Shown here: in pieces, positions 37,884 to 46,837 of the stretch | How positions within the stretch are numbered: position 1 is the first letter of the stretch | Layout of the letters: each line of letters opens with the position of its first letter | Origin: an uncultured Lachnospiraceae bacterium | GTDB taxonomy: Bacteria; Bacillota; Clostridia; Lachnospirales; Lachnospiraceae | Direction: 5' to 3' | Assembly: GCA_944377385.1 (NCBI GenBank) | Contig: CALWET010000095.1 | Coordinates: 2,683 to 66,682 of the forward strand | Length of the DNA stretch: 64,000 nt | Notes under the pieces: generated by a model | The model's input: only the letters and a program-made list of their open reading frames with translations | What the model was told of the DNA's origin: nothing | The model's database searches: none | Position numbers and translations under genes: made by a program

Positions 37884-38909
37884 ATGAATATTTTGCTTAC
37901 AAGTGCGGGAAGACGCACATATCTGGTGAGATATTTCAAAGAGGCTCTTTCAGACGGGTCTCTTGTTTTTGCATCTAATTCCGAGCTGTCACCGGCCCTT
38001 TGTGAGGCGGACGGATACAGGATCATGCCGTTGATATATTCAGAAAGCTATATCGATCAGCTGCTGGACTTTTGCAGGGAACAGGATATACGCATGATCA
38101 TCCCGCTCTTTGATGTGGATGTATGGGCCCTGTCAAAGGAAAAACAGCTTTTTTTGGATGCAGGCATGATCCCGGCAGTTTCAGATCAGTCTGTGACTGA
38201 GCTTTGCAGGGATAAGTACCTGATGTCAAAGAGGCTCCTTGAGCTTGGGATAGATGTGCCGGATACTGCACTTTATGTCCGTGATTATGATGGAAAGCTT
38301 CCGGCATATATAAAGCCGAGATTTGGCATGGGATCCATAGGCCTGTATCGGGCCGAGGACAGAGATGAGCTGACGATACTTTACAGGCTTTGTGAAAGAG
38401 CAGTGAAGCGAAGCTATCTGAGATACGAGACCGAGGAAAGGCTTCACGGATACAAAGACGGCTCAGCTGTCCTTATACAGGAGGCAGTCCGTGGGCAGGA
38501 ATATGGGCTGGACATAATAAATGACTTCAGTGGAAGCTTCAGGGCGACTGTCATAAGGAAAAAGCTGGCCATGCGTTCCGGAGAAACGGATGAAGCCCTT
38601 GTGCTCAGAGGAGATGAGCCGGAGTATAAAAGGTTGTGGGAGCTTGGAAGGCACATATCTGAGGGCTTTCATCATACGGGTATGATGGATGTGGATGTCA
38701 TATATGATGACAAGGATGGAAAGGCCTTCGTGCTGGACATGAATGCCCGATTTGGAGGAGGATATCCCTTTTCCCATGCAGCAGGCGTTGATGTGCCGAG
38801 AGCATATATCATGTGGGCATCCGGAAACGAACCGGAGGCTGAGCTTTTCATGCCAAAGCGCAGCATACATGCCTATAAGGATATGGATGTAAGGATATAT
38901 CCCATATGA
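37884..38909 (+). CDS. ATP-grasp domain ligase
   Basis: This is ORF 37809..38909, with ATG 37884 preferred. The N-terminus MNILLTSAGRRTYLV, the central KP..G.GS.G, LIQE...G.EYGLD and DMNARFGGGYP match the ATP-grasp_4 pattern. Confidence 0.75.
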   Translation: MNILLTSAGRRTYLVRYFKEALSDGSLVFASNSELSPALCEADGYRIMPLIYSESYIDQLLDFCREQDIRMIIPLFDVDVWALSKEKQLFLDAGMIPAVSDQSVTELCRDKYLMSKRLLELGIDVPDTALYVRDYDGKLPAYIKPRFGMGSIGLYRAEDRDELTILYRLCERAVKRSYLRYETEERLHGYKDGSAVLIQEAVRGQEYGLDIINDFSGSFRATVIRKKLAMRSGETDEALVLRGDEPEYKRLWELGRHISEGFHHTGMMDVDVIYDDKDGKAFVLDMNARFGGGYPFSHAAGVDVPRAYIMWASGNEPEAELFMPKRSIHAYKDMDVRIYPI

Positions 38910-38924
38910 TAACAGGTCGATGGA

Positions 38925-39647
38925 ATGAGAGCTGAGCTTAGAAAAAAAAAGAACAGATTGCTTCTGATCATTCCTGCCTACAATGAGGCGGAAAGTATAG
39001 AGAGAGTCGTGGATGAGCTTGAGAAGGATTATGGCTGCTTTGATTATGTGGTCATAACCGATGGCTCCACTGACGGGACTGACAGGATATGTGATGAAAG
39101 AGGCTATAATACCATACATCTTCCGGTAAACCTTGGGCTTTCCGGCTGCTTCAGGACTGGTATGAAGTACGCTTCTTTGATGGGCTATGACTATGCGGTG
39201 CAGTTTGACGGAGACGGACAGCACAGGCCTGAGTATGTGGCCTCCATGCTTGAAAAGGCTGAGGAGGGAGATTATGACATAGTCTTAGGATCACGCTTCC
39301 TTGGCCTCAGGAATGAAATGGGAGGTCTCAGGAGCCTTGGCAGCCGGATGATCAGGGCGGCGGTAAGGCTGACTACCGGAGTAAGGATGACGGATCCTAC
39401 CTGTGGTTTCAGGCTTTATAACAAAAGGATGATAGACATATTTGCCTGGAAGCTGAATTTCCCGCCGGAGCCGGATACCATATCCTTTCTGATAAAAAAT
39501 GGAGCCAGCATAGCCGAGGTGCCGGTAAGGGTGGAAGAGCGTGAGGGCGGAGCCTCTCTTTACGTAAACCCTATCAATGCAGTCAGATATATGGCAAAGA
39601 TGCTGACATCAATAGTACTTATACAGAATTTCAGGACGAACAGATGA
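38925..39647 (+). CDS. polyprenol-phosphate glycosyltransferase (GT2, CsbB/GtrB/DPM1-like)
   Basis: 240 aa. It shows LLLIIPAYNEAESI, VVITDGSTDGT and QFDGDGQH (the DXD region), and no C-terminal TM. The size and motifs fit the GtrB/DPM1 class. Confidence 0.75.
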   Translation: MRAELRKKKNRLLLIIPAYNEAESIERVVDELEKDYGCFDYVVITDGSTDGTDRICDERGYNTIHLPVNLGLSGCFRTGMKYASLMGYDYAVQFDGDGQHRPEYVASMLEKAEEGDYDIVLGSRFLGLRNEMGGLRSLGSRMIRAAVRLTTGVRMTDPTCGFRLYNKRMIDIFAWKLNFPPEPDTISFLIKNGASIAEVPVRVEEREGGASLYVNPINAVRYMAKMLTSIVLIQNFRTNR

Positions 39648-39654
39648 TCCGGCG

Positions 39655-40926
39655 ATGCAGGATAGTGATAAGAAAAAAGATATAATATGGAATGCCCTTG
39701 GCAGCCTGATGTATGCCCTTTCCTCAATGATCCTGGCCTTTTGGGTCGCCAGGGAACTTGGAATGGATGAGGGCGGTATATTTGGCTTTGGCTTTTCGAC
39801 CCTGGGGCAGCAGGCATTTATCATAGCATATTTCGGGGTCAGGCCCTTTCAGATAACGGATACCGAGGGGAATTATACTCTGGGTACCTACATAAGGCTG
39901 AGGAGCTTTACCTCTGCGGCAGCCATTTTTTTTGCAGCTGCTTATATCCTGATCCTGCTTTTATCCGGCAGCTATGATATCTATAAGGCGGCTGCCCTTT
40001 TCATGCTGGCAGCCTATAAGATCATCGACGGATATGCTGATGTCTATGAATCTGAGTTTCAGAGGGCAGGAAGCCTTTATGCCGGAGGAAGGGCTCTGTT
40101 TTTGCGCACTTTGATCTCCATGGCGGCCTTTATGCTAGTGATCGCTATCTCCGGGAGCCTGATCCTGGCTTCAGTTATTGGAGTGCTCATACAGCTTTTA
40201 GGCTGCAATCTTTTTGATATAAATCCATTTTACAGGATAGTACCGGGAGAAAAGAGGAGCATGGAGATCCGGGAGGGGAGGCTTGCTTCCCTTTTCACAG
40301 CCACGCTGCCCTTGTTCCTTTCATCTTTCCTGGATTTTTATATTTTTTCATCTTCAAAATATGCCATAGACTGGTTCGGTACAAACAGCGATTCAGGGAT
40401 ATTCAATATCCTTTTCATGCCTACGAGCTTTATTTATCTGGTGGCAAATTTTATCATGAGGCCGTTTATGACGGAGCTTGCCGCTTTATATGAGCTCTCT
40501 GACAGGAATGGCTTCATGTCCATGGTGCGAAGGCTCTTTCTGGCAGTGGCAGGGCTCATGCTTGCTGTCCTTCTTGGAGTCATAATACTTGGAGGCCCGG
40601 TGCTGTATATCCTGGAGATGATCCTGGGACAGGAAGGGAGCGGTATACTGACCGGACGCCTGGGAGTTTTCTTCTTGATCATACTTGGGGGCGGCATATA
40701 TGCGATAAACAATCTGTTTTATTATATCCTGGTCATAATAGGCAGACGCAGGGAGATCTTTTTTATTTATCTTTTTGGGGCGCTTTGTGCCTTTTTCGTC
40801 AGCCGAAGCATGGTAGCGGCCTTTGGCCTTGAGGGGGCCGCAGGGGCTTATGTCATACTTATGCTGCTTATGCTGGCTGGTTTTTTGCTTGTGCTGTTCA
40901 GAAAAATGGGAAGGGCCTTCAGATGA
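39655..40926 (+). CDS. polytopic membrane protein, second Wzx/MOP-like flippase candidate
   Basis: 423 aa with about 12 TM helices. The N-terminus IIWNALGSLMYALSSMILAFWVAR and the segment GIFGFGFSTLGQQAFIIAYFGVRPFQ resemble PST-family flippases. Confidence 0.55.
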   Translation: MQDSDKKKDIIWNALGSLMYALSSMILAFWVARELGMDEGGIFGFGFSTLGQQAFIIAYFGVRPFQITDTEGNYTLGTYIRLRSFTSAAAIFFAAAYILILLLSGSYDIYKAAALFMLAAYKIIDGYADVYESEFQRAGSLYAGGRALFLRTLISMAAFMLVIAISGSLILASVIGVLIQLLGCNLFDINPFYRIVPGEKRSMEIREGRLASLFTATLPLFLSSFLDFYIFSSSKYAIDWFGTNSDSGIFNILFMPTSFIYLVANFIMRPFMTELAALYELSDRNGFMSMVRRLFLAVAGLMLAVLLGVIILGGPVLYILEMILGQEGSGILTGRLGVFFLIILGGGIYAINNLFYYILVIIGRRREIFFIYLFGALCAFFVSRSMVAAFGLEGAAGAYVILMLLMLAGFLLVLFRKMGRAFR

Positions 40927-41954
40927 TCGAAGATCGTGCTTTTGATATGCAAAGCTTGAATATAGATGTCATAATACCAACATACAGGCCGGATGGTAAG
41001 CTCCTGGAGCTCATAGATATGCTGGTCCGTCAGAGGATACCAGTACGGAAGCTTATACTGGTAAACACCGAGGCAGATATGATGCCGAATGAAGTCAGGG
41101 AAAGACTGAAGGCGCTTGACCTTGACAGGGAGCATGCCTTTAAGGATGGTGTAGAGCTCACACACATAAAAAAGGATGAGTTCGATCATGCTGCTGCCAG
41201 GAACCTTGGCATCAGTCTATCCAGGGCAGATGTTTTCATATGCATGACGGATGATGCGATACCTGCGGATGAAGGGCTTACGGATGAGCTCATGAGGGCC
41301 CTGTCAGTTAAAGCCCCCGGCGGTGAGACCGTGGCCGAGGCCTATGCGAGACAGCTTCCAAGAAGGGACAGCAGCAGGACAGAGGCCATTACTAGGGACT
41401 TTAATTATCCGGAAAAGGCCAGCTTAAAGACCTGGGCTGACAGAGAAAGGCTTGGCATAAAGACCTGCTTTGCCTCAAATGTCTGCTGTGCCTACAGAAG
41501 GGATATATTTGACAGGCTTGGAGGCTTCAAGGAGCCTGCGATCTTTAATGAGGATATGGTATATGCATCCTCAGTCCTTGAAGGCGGCTATGCCATAGCC
41601 TATGTGCCTGAAGCCAGAGTATACCACAGCCACAGCTATGGCCCGATGCAGCAGCTCAAAAGGAATTTTGACCTTGGAATGAGTCAGAGCCAGCACAGAG
41701 AGGTCTTTTCAGCCTATAGCTCTGAATCAGAGGGTATAAAGCTTGTTTCCTCCACAGCAGGGAAGCTTGTTTCAGAAGGTGCCTTTGCAGAGCTTCCTGG
41801 ATTGTTCATAAATTCCGCCTTTAAATATGCAGGGTATCTGCTGGGGAAAAATTATCAAAGGCTTCCTCTTTCCCTGGTGAAGGCTTTCAGTTCAAATCCT
41901 GTGCTTGCGGAAAGGATCATCAGGGACGAAAAGGGATCCAAGTCCAGTCCCTGA
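40923..41954 (+). CDS. family 2 glycosyltransferase
   Basis: It shows IDVIIPTYRPDG, ARNLGIS, CMTDDAIP (DXD-like) and NVCCAYRRDIF. The start overlaps the upstream stop (ATGA). Confidence 0.8.
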   Translation: MIEDRAFDMQSLNIDVIIPTYRPDGKLLELIDMLVRQRIPVRKLILVNTEADMMPNEVRERLKALDLDREHAFKDGVELTHIKKDEFDHAAARNLGISLSRADVFICMTDDAIPADEGLTDELMRALSVKAPGGETVAEAYARQLPRRDSSRTEAITRDFNYPEKASLKTWADRERLGIKTCFASNVCCAYRRDIFDRLGGFKEPAIFNEDMVYASSVLEGGYAIAYVPEARVYHSHSYGPMQQLKRNFDLGMSQSQHREVFSAYSSESEGIKLVSSTAGKLVSEGAFAELPGLFINSAFKYAGYLLGKNYQRLPLSLVKAFSSNPVLAERIIRDEKGSKSSP

Positions 41955-41976
41955 TATAAGAAAGGAAGATGAAGCT

Positions 41977-42354
41977 ATGATGACCACACTTTTCAGGATA
42001 GTGCTTATAATAGTGTCCCTTGCTACCTTTGGGGCAGTCATTCAGAAGATCAGGGGATCAAAGATGCGCATAGAGGATGCAGTATTCTGGGTGCTTTTAT
42101 GCGTGATGTTTATAATCTTTGCCCTTTTCCCCGGGATACCGGATGGGCTGGCTGCTCTTTTGGGGATATACTCTACGGCGAATTTCCTGTTTTTATTCAT
42201 GATATTCATATTGCTTATGAAGATCTTCTCCATGAGCCTGCATATGTCGGAGCTGGAAAAAAAGATAGAGGAGCTAAGCCAGAGCCTGGCCTTGAGAAAT
42301 GTATGCAGAGAGGATGAAAGGACCATGAAGGACGGGAAGGAGGAGAGCAAATGA
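41977..42354 (+). CDS. small membrane protein, DUF2304-like
   Basis: This is ORF 41905..42354, with ATG 41977 preferred. It has three or four TM helices and then a coiled C-terminal tail. The size, topology and position next to a GT2 gene match DUF2304 as I remember it. Confidence 0.5.
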   Translation: MMTTLFRIVLIIVSLATFGAVIQKIRGSKMRIEDAVFWVLLCVMFIIFALFPGIPDGLAALLGIYSTANFLFLFMIFILLMKIFSMSLHMSELEKKIEELSQSLALRNVCREDERTMKDGKEESK

Positions 42355-43724
42355 AGGCTGTGATCATGGCAGGAGGAAAAGGTACCAGACTCAGGAGCGT
42401 ATCTGAGGAGCTTCCAAAGCCCATGGTGCCTGTGCTTGGAAAGCCTGTGCTGGAGTACCAGCTTGACAATCTCAGACAGTGCGGTATCACTGATATAATA
42501 ATGGTCGTGGGCTACAGATCATCGTATATACGCGATCATTTTGGAGATGGTTCGCGTTTTTCCGTTAATATAAGCTATATAAATGAGGATGAGCCCCTGG
42601 GTACGGCAGGTGCTCTCTATTTCCTGAAGGAGATACTGGATGAGGACTTCCTTTTGTTGATGGGAGATCTTATGCTGTCCGTGGATTTCATCAGATTTAT
42701 GGACTTTCATAAAAAGGAGGTAGGGGAGGCAACGCTTTTCGTGCATCCCAATTCTCACCCCTATGACAGCGATATCATAATCATGGATACGGCTGGCAGG
42801 CTTTCTGAGTATACGGAGGACAGATGCAAAAGAGGCGGCCGCCCGCCCCATGCCTCAGGAAGCGCCCGGGTCAGAGGCGTCATAGGGAAGTCCTCAGAAA
42901 GGCCGGAGGTCTATCATAATATAGTGAATGCGGGCATATATGCTCTGAGCCCCAAAATACTTGAAATGATCAAGGAGCCCAAAAAGCTTGATCTTGACAG
43001 GGATATCATAAGGCCGCTGATCGAAAAAGGAAGGATAGCCGCCTATCGCTCCAGCGAATATGTAAAGGACATGGGCACACCTGAGAGATATGAGACAGTG
43101 GCAAGGGATATAGGCAGTGGCCTTGTGAGATCGAGGAATCTCAAAAACAGGCAGAAATGCATATTCCTTGACAGAGACGGAACGCTGAACAGATACATAG
43201 GCCTGCTTAGAAAGCCGGAAGAGCTTGAGCTGATTCCTGGAGCAGCAGAGGCCATCAGGCTCATAAACGAATCCGAATATCTGGCTATAGTCATTACAAA
43301 TCAGCCTGTGATAGCCAGGGGAGAGGTGAGCTTTGAAGAGCTGGATCTGATAAATGCCAGGCTTGAGACGGAGCTTGGCAGCAAGGGGGCATATCTGGAT
43401 GATCTTTTTTTCTGCCCCCATCATCCGGACAGCGGCTTTGAGGGCGAGATAAAAGAGCTGAAATTCAACTGCTGCTGCAGAAAGCCTGAGACGGGGATGC
43501 TGATGGCTGCCGCAGAAAAGTACAATATAGATCTTTCGGCTTCATATATGATAGGCGACATGACCATGGACATATGCTGCGGACAAAGAGCAGGGACCCA
43601 TACCGTGCTCCTTGGCACCGGCAAGGCGGGAAAGGACGGGCACTATGAGTGCAAGCCTGATCTCATGAGCGCCGACATATTGGAGGCCGTGAAATCCATC
43701 ATGGACAGAACGCAGGATTTATGA
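42351..43724 (+). CDS. fused sugar-phosphate nucleotidyltransferase / GmhB-like HAD phosphatase
   Basis: The N-terminus has MKAVIMAGGKGTRLRS...PKPMVPV.GKP (NTP_transferase) and VNAGIYAL. The C-terminal half has FLDRDGTLN, VITNQPVIARG, FFCPHHPD and CCCRKPETGM, the D,D-heptose-1,7-bisphosphate phosphatase pattern including the Zn-binding Cys cluster. Confidence 0.8.
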   Translation: MKAVIMAGGKGTRLRSVSEELPKPMVPVLGKPVLEYQLDNLRQCGITDIIMVVGYRSSYIRDHFGDGSRFSVNISYINEDEPLGTAGALYFLKEILDEDFLLLMGDLMLSVDFIRFMDFHKKEVGEATLFVHPNSHPYDSDIIIMDTAGRLSEYTEDRCKRGGRPPHASGSARVRGVIGKSSERPEVYHNIVNAGIYALSPKILEMIKEPKKLDLDRDIIRPLIEKGRIAAYRSSEYVKDMGTPERYETVARDIGSGLVRSRNLKNRQKCIFLDRDGTLNRYIGLLRKPEELELIPGAAEAIRLINESEYLAIVITNQPVIARGEVSFEELDLINARLETELGSKGAYLDDLFFCPHHPDSGFEGEIKELKFNCCCRKPETGMLMAAAEKYNIDLSASYMIGDMTMDICCGQRAGTHTVLLGTGKAGKDGHYECKPDLMSADILEAVKSIMDRTQDL

Positions 43725-43776
43725 TAAAATCTGCGCTATATCATATTTTTTATTATCAAGGAGGTTTTTTCACCAC

Positions 43777-45150
43777 ATGGACGTAGATCCAGGCGCGGGT
43801 AGTATACCCTATCAATTAACTGTTCTGGTAGTGCTGACACTTATCAATGCTTTCTTCTCAGGATCGGAGATGGCTGTGGTGTCCGTAAACAAAAACAAGA
43901 TCCACAGGCTCGCTGAGGAAGGCAACAAAAAAGCGGCACTTGTCGAAAAGGTATCTGAAGATTCCACAAAATTCCTATCGACCATACAGGTGGCTATAAC
44001 GCTGGCCGGCTTTGCCAGCTCTGCTTTTGCTGCAAACAGCATATCACAGGTACTGGCTTCGACCCTCGCTCAGAAGGGCATCAATGTAAGCCTTAGCCTG
44101 GCTATCTCAAACGTGGTCATAACACTTTTGCTGGCCTATTTCAATCTGGTCATAGGAGAGCTTGTACCAAAGAGGATAGCGCTTTTATATGCCGAAAAAT
44201 ACAGTCAGATGTGCATAAGACTGATATATATCCTTTCAAAGCTCATCTCACCTGTGCTCTTTCTGCTTTCAGCAAGTACAAACGGCCTTTTGAAGCTGCT
44301 TGGGCTTTATCATGATGAGCTTGAGCAGGATGTCTCCGAGGAAGAGATAAAATCCATGCTGGAGACCGGCACGGAGACGGGAGTTTTCAACGATATAGAA
44401 AAAGAGATGATCACCTCCATATTTTCCTTTGATGACAAGAGGGTAAGGGAGGTCATGGTCCAAAGACAGGATATGGTGGCTGTGGATCTGAACGATCCGG
44501 TGAATGAATACATAGACGAGATCCTGCTTTCAAAGCATAGCCGGATACCCGTATATGAAGAGAACATAGACAATGTAATAGGCATACTCAGTATGAAGGA
44601 CTTTGCCATCAAGGCAAAGGAAAAGGGAAGCTTTTATGATGTGGATGTCAGATCGCTTCTGAAGCCTGTGTTTTTTGCATCTGAAAACATGAAAACGGAT
44701 GCCGTATTCAAGGAGATGCAGCAGAAGAGCCAAAAGGTGGCCATAATCGTGGACGAGTATGGCGGAGTCAGCGGAATGCTGACCATGGAGGACCTGGTAG
44801 AAGAGATCGTAGGAGATATCTACGAGGATGATGAGGAGATAGAGATCCCCATACGCAGAGTAGACAGGGATACCTATGAGCTGATGGGATCAGCGCTGCT
44901 CAGTGAAGTCAATGAGGAGCTCCACATGCACATACACAGTGACTGCGATACTATGAGCGGTTATCTGATAGAGCTTTTGGACCGCATCCCGGTGCCTGAG
45001 GACTGTCCGATAGATGTCGAGGATGAAGAGGCGAGCTACAGGATCCTGGATGTAAAGGACAGGGTCATCACCAGGGTCAGCCTGCATCTGAGACAAAAGG
45101 ATGCCGCACCCGGGGATACAAGATCGGAGCAAAATAAGGATGAGACATGA
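43777..45150 (+). CDS. CNNM/CorC-family (hemolysin-like) membrane protein: DUF21 + CBS pair + CorC_HlyC
   Basis: The N-terminal DUF21 domain shows LINAFFSGSEMAVVS and GELVPKR. CBS pair region motifs are REVMVQRQDM and IPVY. The C-terminus shows VDEYGGVSGMLTMEDLVEEIVG. Confidence 0.88.
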   Translation: MDVDPGAGSIPYQLTVLVVLTLINAFFSGSEMAVVSVNKNKIHRLAEEGNKKAALVEKVSEDSTKFLSTIQVAITLAGFASSAFAANSISQVLASTLAQKGINVSLSLAISNVVITLLLAYFNLVIGELVPKRIALLYAEKYSQMCIRLIYILSKLISPVLFLLSASTNGLLKLLGLYHDELEQDVSEEEIKSMLETGTETGVFNDIEKEMITSIFSFDDKRVREVMVQRQDMVAVDLNDPVNEYIDEILLSKHSRIPVYEENIDNVIGILSMKDFAIKAKEKGSFYDVDVRSLLKPVFFASENMKTDAVFKEMQQKSQKVAIIVDEYGGVSGMLTMEDLVEEIVGDIYEDDEEIEIPIRRVDRDTYELMGSALLSEVNEELHMHIHSDCDTMSGYLIELLDRIPVPEDCPIDVEDEEASYRILDVKDRVITRVSLHLRQKDAAPGDTRSEQNKDET

Positions 45151-45155
45151 TGAGG

Positions 45156-45190
45156 GATCCCGAAGAGCCGTGGCTTTTCGGGATCTTTTA
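45156..45190 (+). terminator. rho-independent terminator after the CNNM gene
   Basis: A 9-bp perfect stem GATCCCGAA / TTCGGGATC with a 12-nt loop is followed by TTTTAAAT. Confidence 0.65.
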
Positions 45191-45208
45191 AATAAGAAGG
45201 AGCTTTCC

Positions 45209-45982
45209 ATGGCTGCAAGGCTTGTAGCAGCCTGCAACAAAGCCGATCATACGGAGTATTCCGTCCCTGAGGACGCAGATCTTTTTTTTATAGCCTTTGA
45301 TCCACAAGGCAACAGTATGGATTCCCTGCTTGCTGTCTGGCATCTGGGAGATACGAGAGACGGATATGCCATGGATGAAGTGGCTGCCTTTACAAGACCT
45401 GAAAACAGAAGGCAGGGACTGTTCAGCTCCCTTTTTTCATCAGCCCTGCCTTTATTGAGGCCGGTCCTGCTTTTTTCAAGCTATGAAAATAAGGGTGCAA
45501 GGGAAAAGCTGCAAAGTCTTGGTGCAATCTATGAGCACAGCGAGTACATGATGGAGCTGGATCTGAATATTTTTGAGCAGAGAGAACCCCTGTCTGGACA
45601 TGAAGTATCGAGGGGCGGCGACGGATATGAGCTGATAACGGAGACAGATGAGGACGGCTTTGGCGAGGAACTGAGGACAGGCTACGGTGAGGCGCATTAC
45701 AGACTCGTCGGAGCCAGAGCATATATATACGGAGTTTTGGTCTACAGCAGATTCAGAGGACAGGGACTGGGAAGGAAGCTCATGCTTCTTTTGCTGGAAA
45801 GGATAAAGGGCCAGGGGATAGATACGGCCTTCCTTCAGGTATCCTCAGACAATGTTCCAGCGCTTAAACTTTATGAGGAGCTGGGATTTGAACAGATCCA
45901 GAGGCTGGATCTTTCAATAAAAAAATTGTCTCAGCCTGGGGATTATGGTAAAATGATTAACTATGATAAAAAATACGACTAA
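45209..45982 (+). CDS. GNAT-family N-acetyltransferase
   Basis: This is ORF 45101..45982. ATG 45209 is preferred because it lies 7 nt after AAGGAG and downstream of the terminator. The C-terminal acetyl-CoA motif is VYSRFRGQGLGRKLMLLLLERIK. Confidence 0.7.
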   Translation: MAARLVAACNKADHTEYSVPEDADLFFIAFDPQGNSMDSLLAVWHLGDTRDGYAMDEVAAFTRPENRRQGLFSSLFSSALPLLRPVLLFSSYENKGAREKLQSLGAIYEHSEYMMELDLNIFEQREPLSGHEVSRGGDGYELITETDEDGFGEELRTGYGEAHYRLVGARAYIYGVLVYSRFRGQGLGRKLMLLLLERIKGQGIDTAFLQVSSDNVPALKLYEELGFEQIQRLDLSIKKLSQPGDYGKMINYDKKYD

Positions 45983-46478
45983 GATCCAGAAGCTTTGCTG
46001 GGTCGTTTTCATGATATATATAGTCGGGCTCTTTTACTTTACCTTTTTTGCAGAGGCATTGGGGCGGGGAGATCCAGGGACATATGCCGCAGTAAAGAGA
46101 TTTAATCTTATACCCTTTACGGAGATCCGGAGATTCTGGGTGTACAGGCAGGAACTCGGAATGAAGGCATTTTTACTGAATGTAGTGGGAAATATACTGG
46201 CATTCATGCCCTGCGGCTTTCTGCTGCCGGCAATATCCAGAAGATGCAGAAGAGGATTGGGAGTAATGGCCATAGGCTTTCTGATCAGCTTTTTTATTGA
46301 ATGTACTCAGCTGATCTTTCAGGTAGGAAGCTTTGATGTGGATGACATGCTGCTGAACACTCTTGGAGCAGTGCTTGGTTTTTATGCCAACAGGGCCGTA
46401 CAGTTTATCCGCTTTGGCAGGAGGCTTAAAAAGTCTGGAAGCAGGGTAAGGATACGGGAGCTTGGGGACAAAAGATGA
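45963..46478 (+). CDS. VanZ-family membrane protein
   Basis: It has four TM helices and the motifs FNLIPF, GNILAFMPCGFLLP and ECTQL...GSFDVDDMLLNTLGAVLGF. Confidence 0.8.
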   Translation: MIKNTTKIQKLCWVVFMIYIVGLFYFTFFAEALGRGDPGTYAAVKRFNLIPFTEIRRFWVYRQELGMKAFLLNVVGNILAFMPCGFLLPAISRRCRRGLGVMAIGFLISFFIECTQLIFQVGSFDVDDMLLNTLGAVLGFYANRAVQFIRFGRRLKKSGSRVRIRELGDKR

Positions 46479-46837
46479 TAAAGGAGATCAGCTTGCCGTT
46501 AAATGATAAAAAGATAAAAAAATACTCTTACATCAAAAAGCCCCTGGCAAGGAACGGGATCTATTCCTTTATCATAGCCCTTATTGTCCTGGCAGCCACG
46601 GTGGCTACGATATATGCTTCGGCAAGATCAGCCGGTGGCTCATCCCTTGTTTCAGGCGCCCTTGGTCTGTGCTGCATGCTTTATTCCCTTCTTGGGATAT
46701 TTTTGGCTCTGCTCTCAAAAAAGGAAGCGGAAAGAAATTATATACTGTCATATATAGGAGCGGCCATCTGTCTTTTGGTTTTCCTTTCGTGGCTCATCCT
46801 TTCAGCCATGGGATACATGGCTTTAAATGGAGCATGA
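46475..46837 (+). CDS. small membrane protein, function unknown
   Basis: 120 aa with a basic N-terminus and three TM helices. The start overlaps the VanZ stop (ATGA). Confidence 0.5.
   Translation: MIKEISLPLNDKKIKKYSYIKKPLARNGIYSFIIALIVLAATVATIYASARSAGGSSLVSGALGLCCMLYSLLGIFLALLSKKEAERNYILSYIGAAICLLVFLSWLILSAMGYMALNGA

Noticed and set aside
42833-42880. GC-rich patch with NotI and SmaI sites as evidence of an engineered or foreign insertion.
   Set aside because: It is in frame, inside a plausible surface loop of the nucleotidyltransferase domain, and has no flanking repeats. It is most simply a lineage-specific loop insertion, and is mentioned under the fusion-gene finding.
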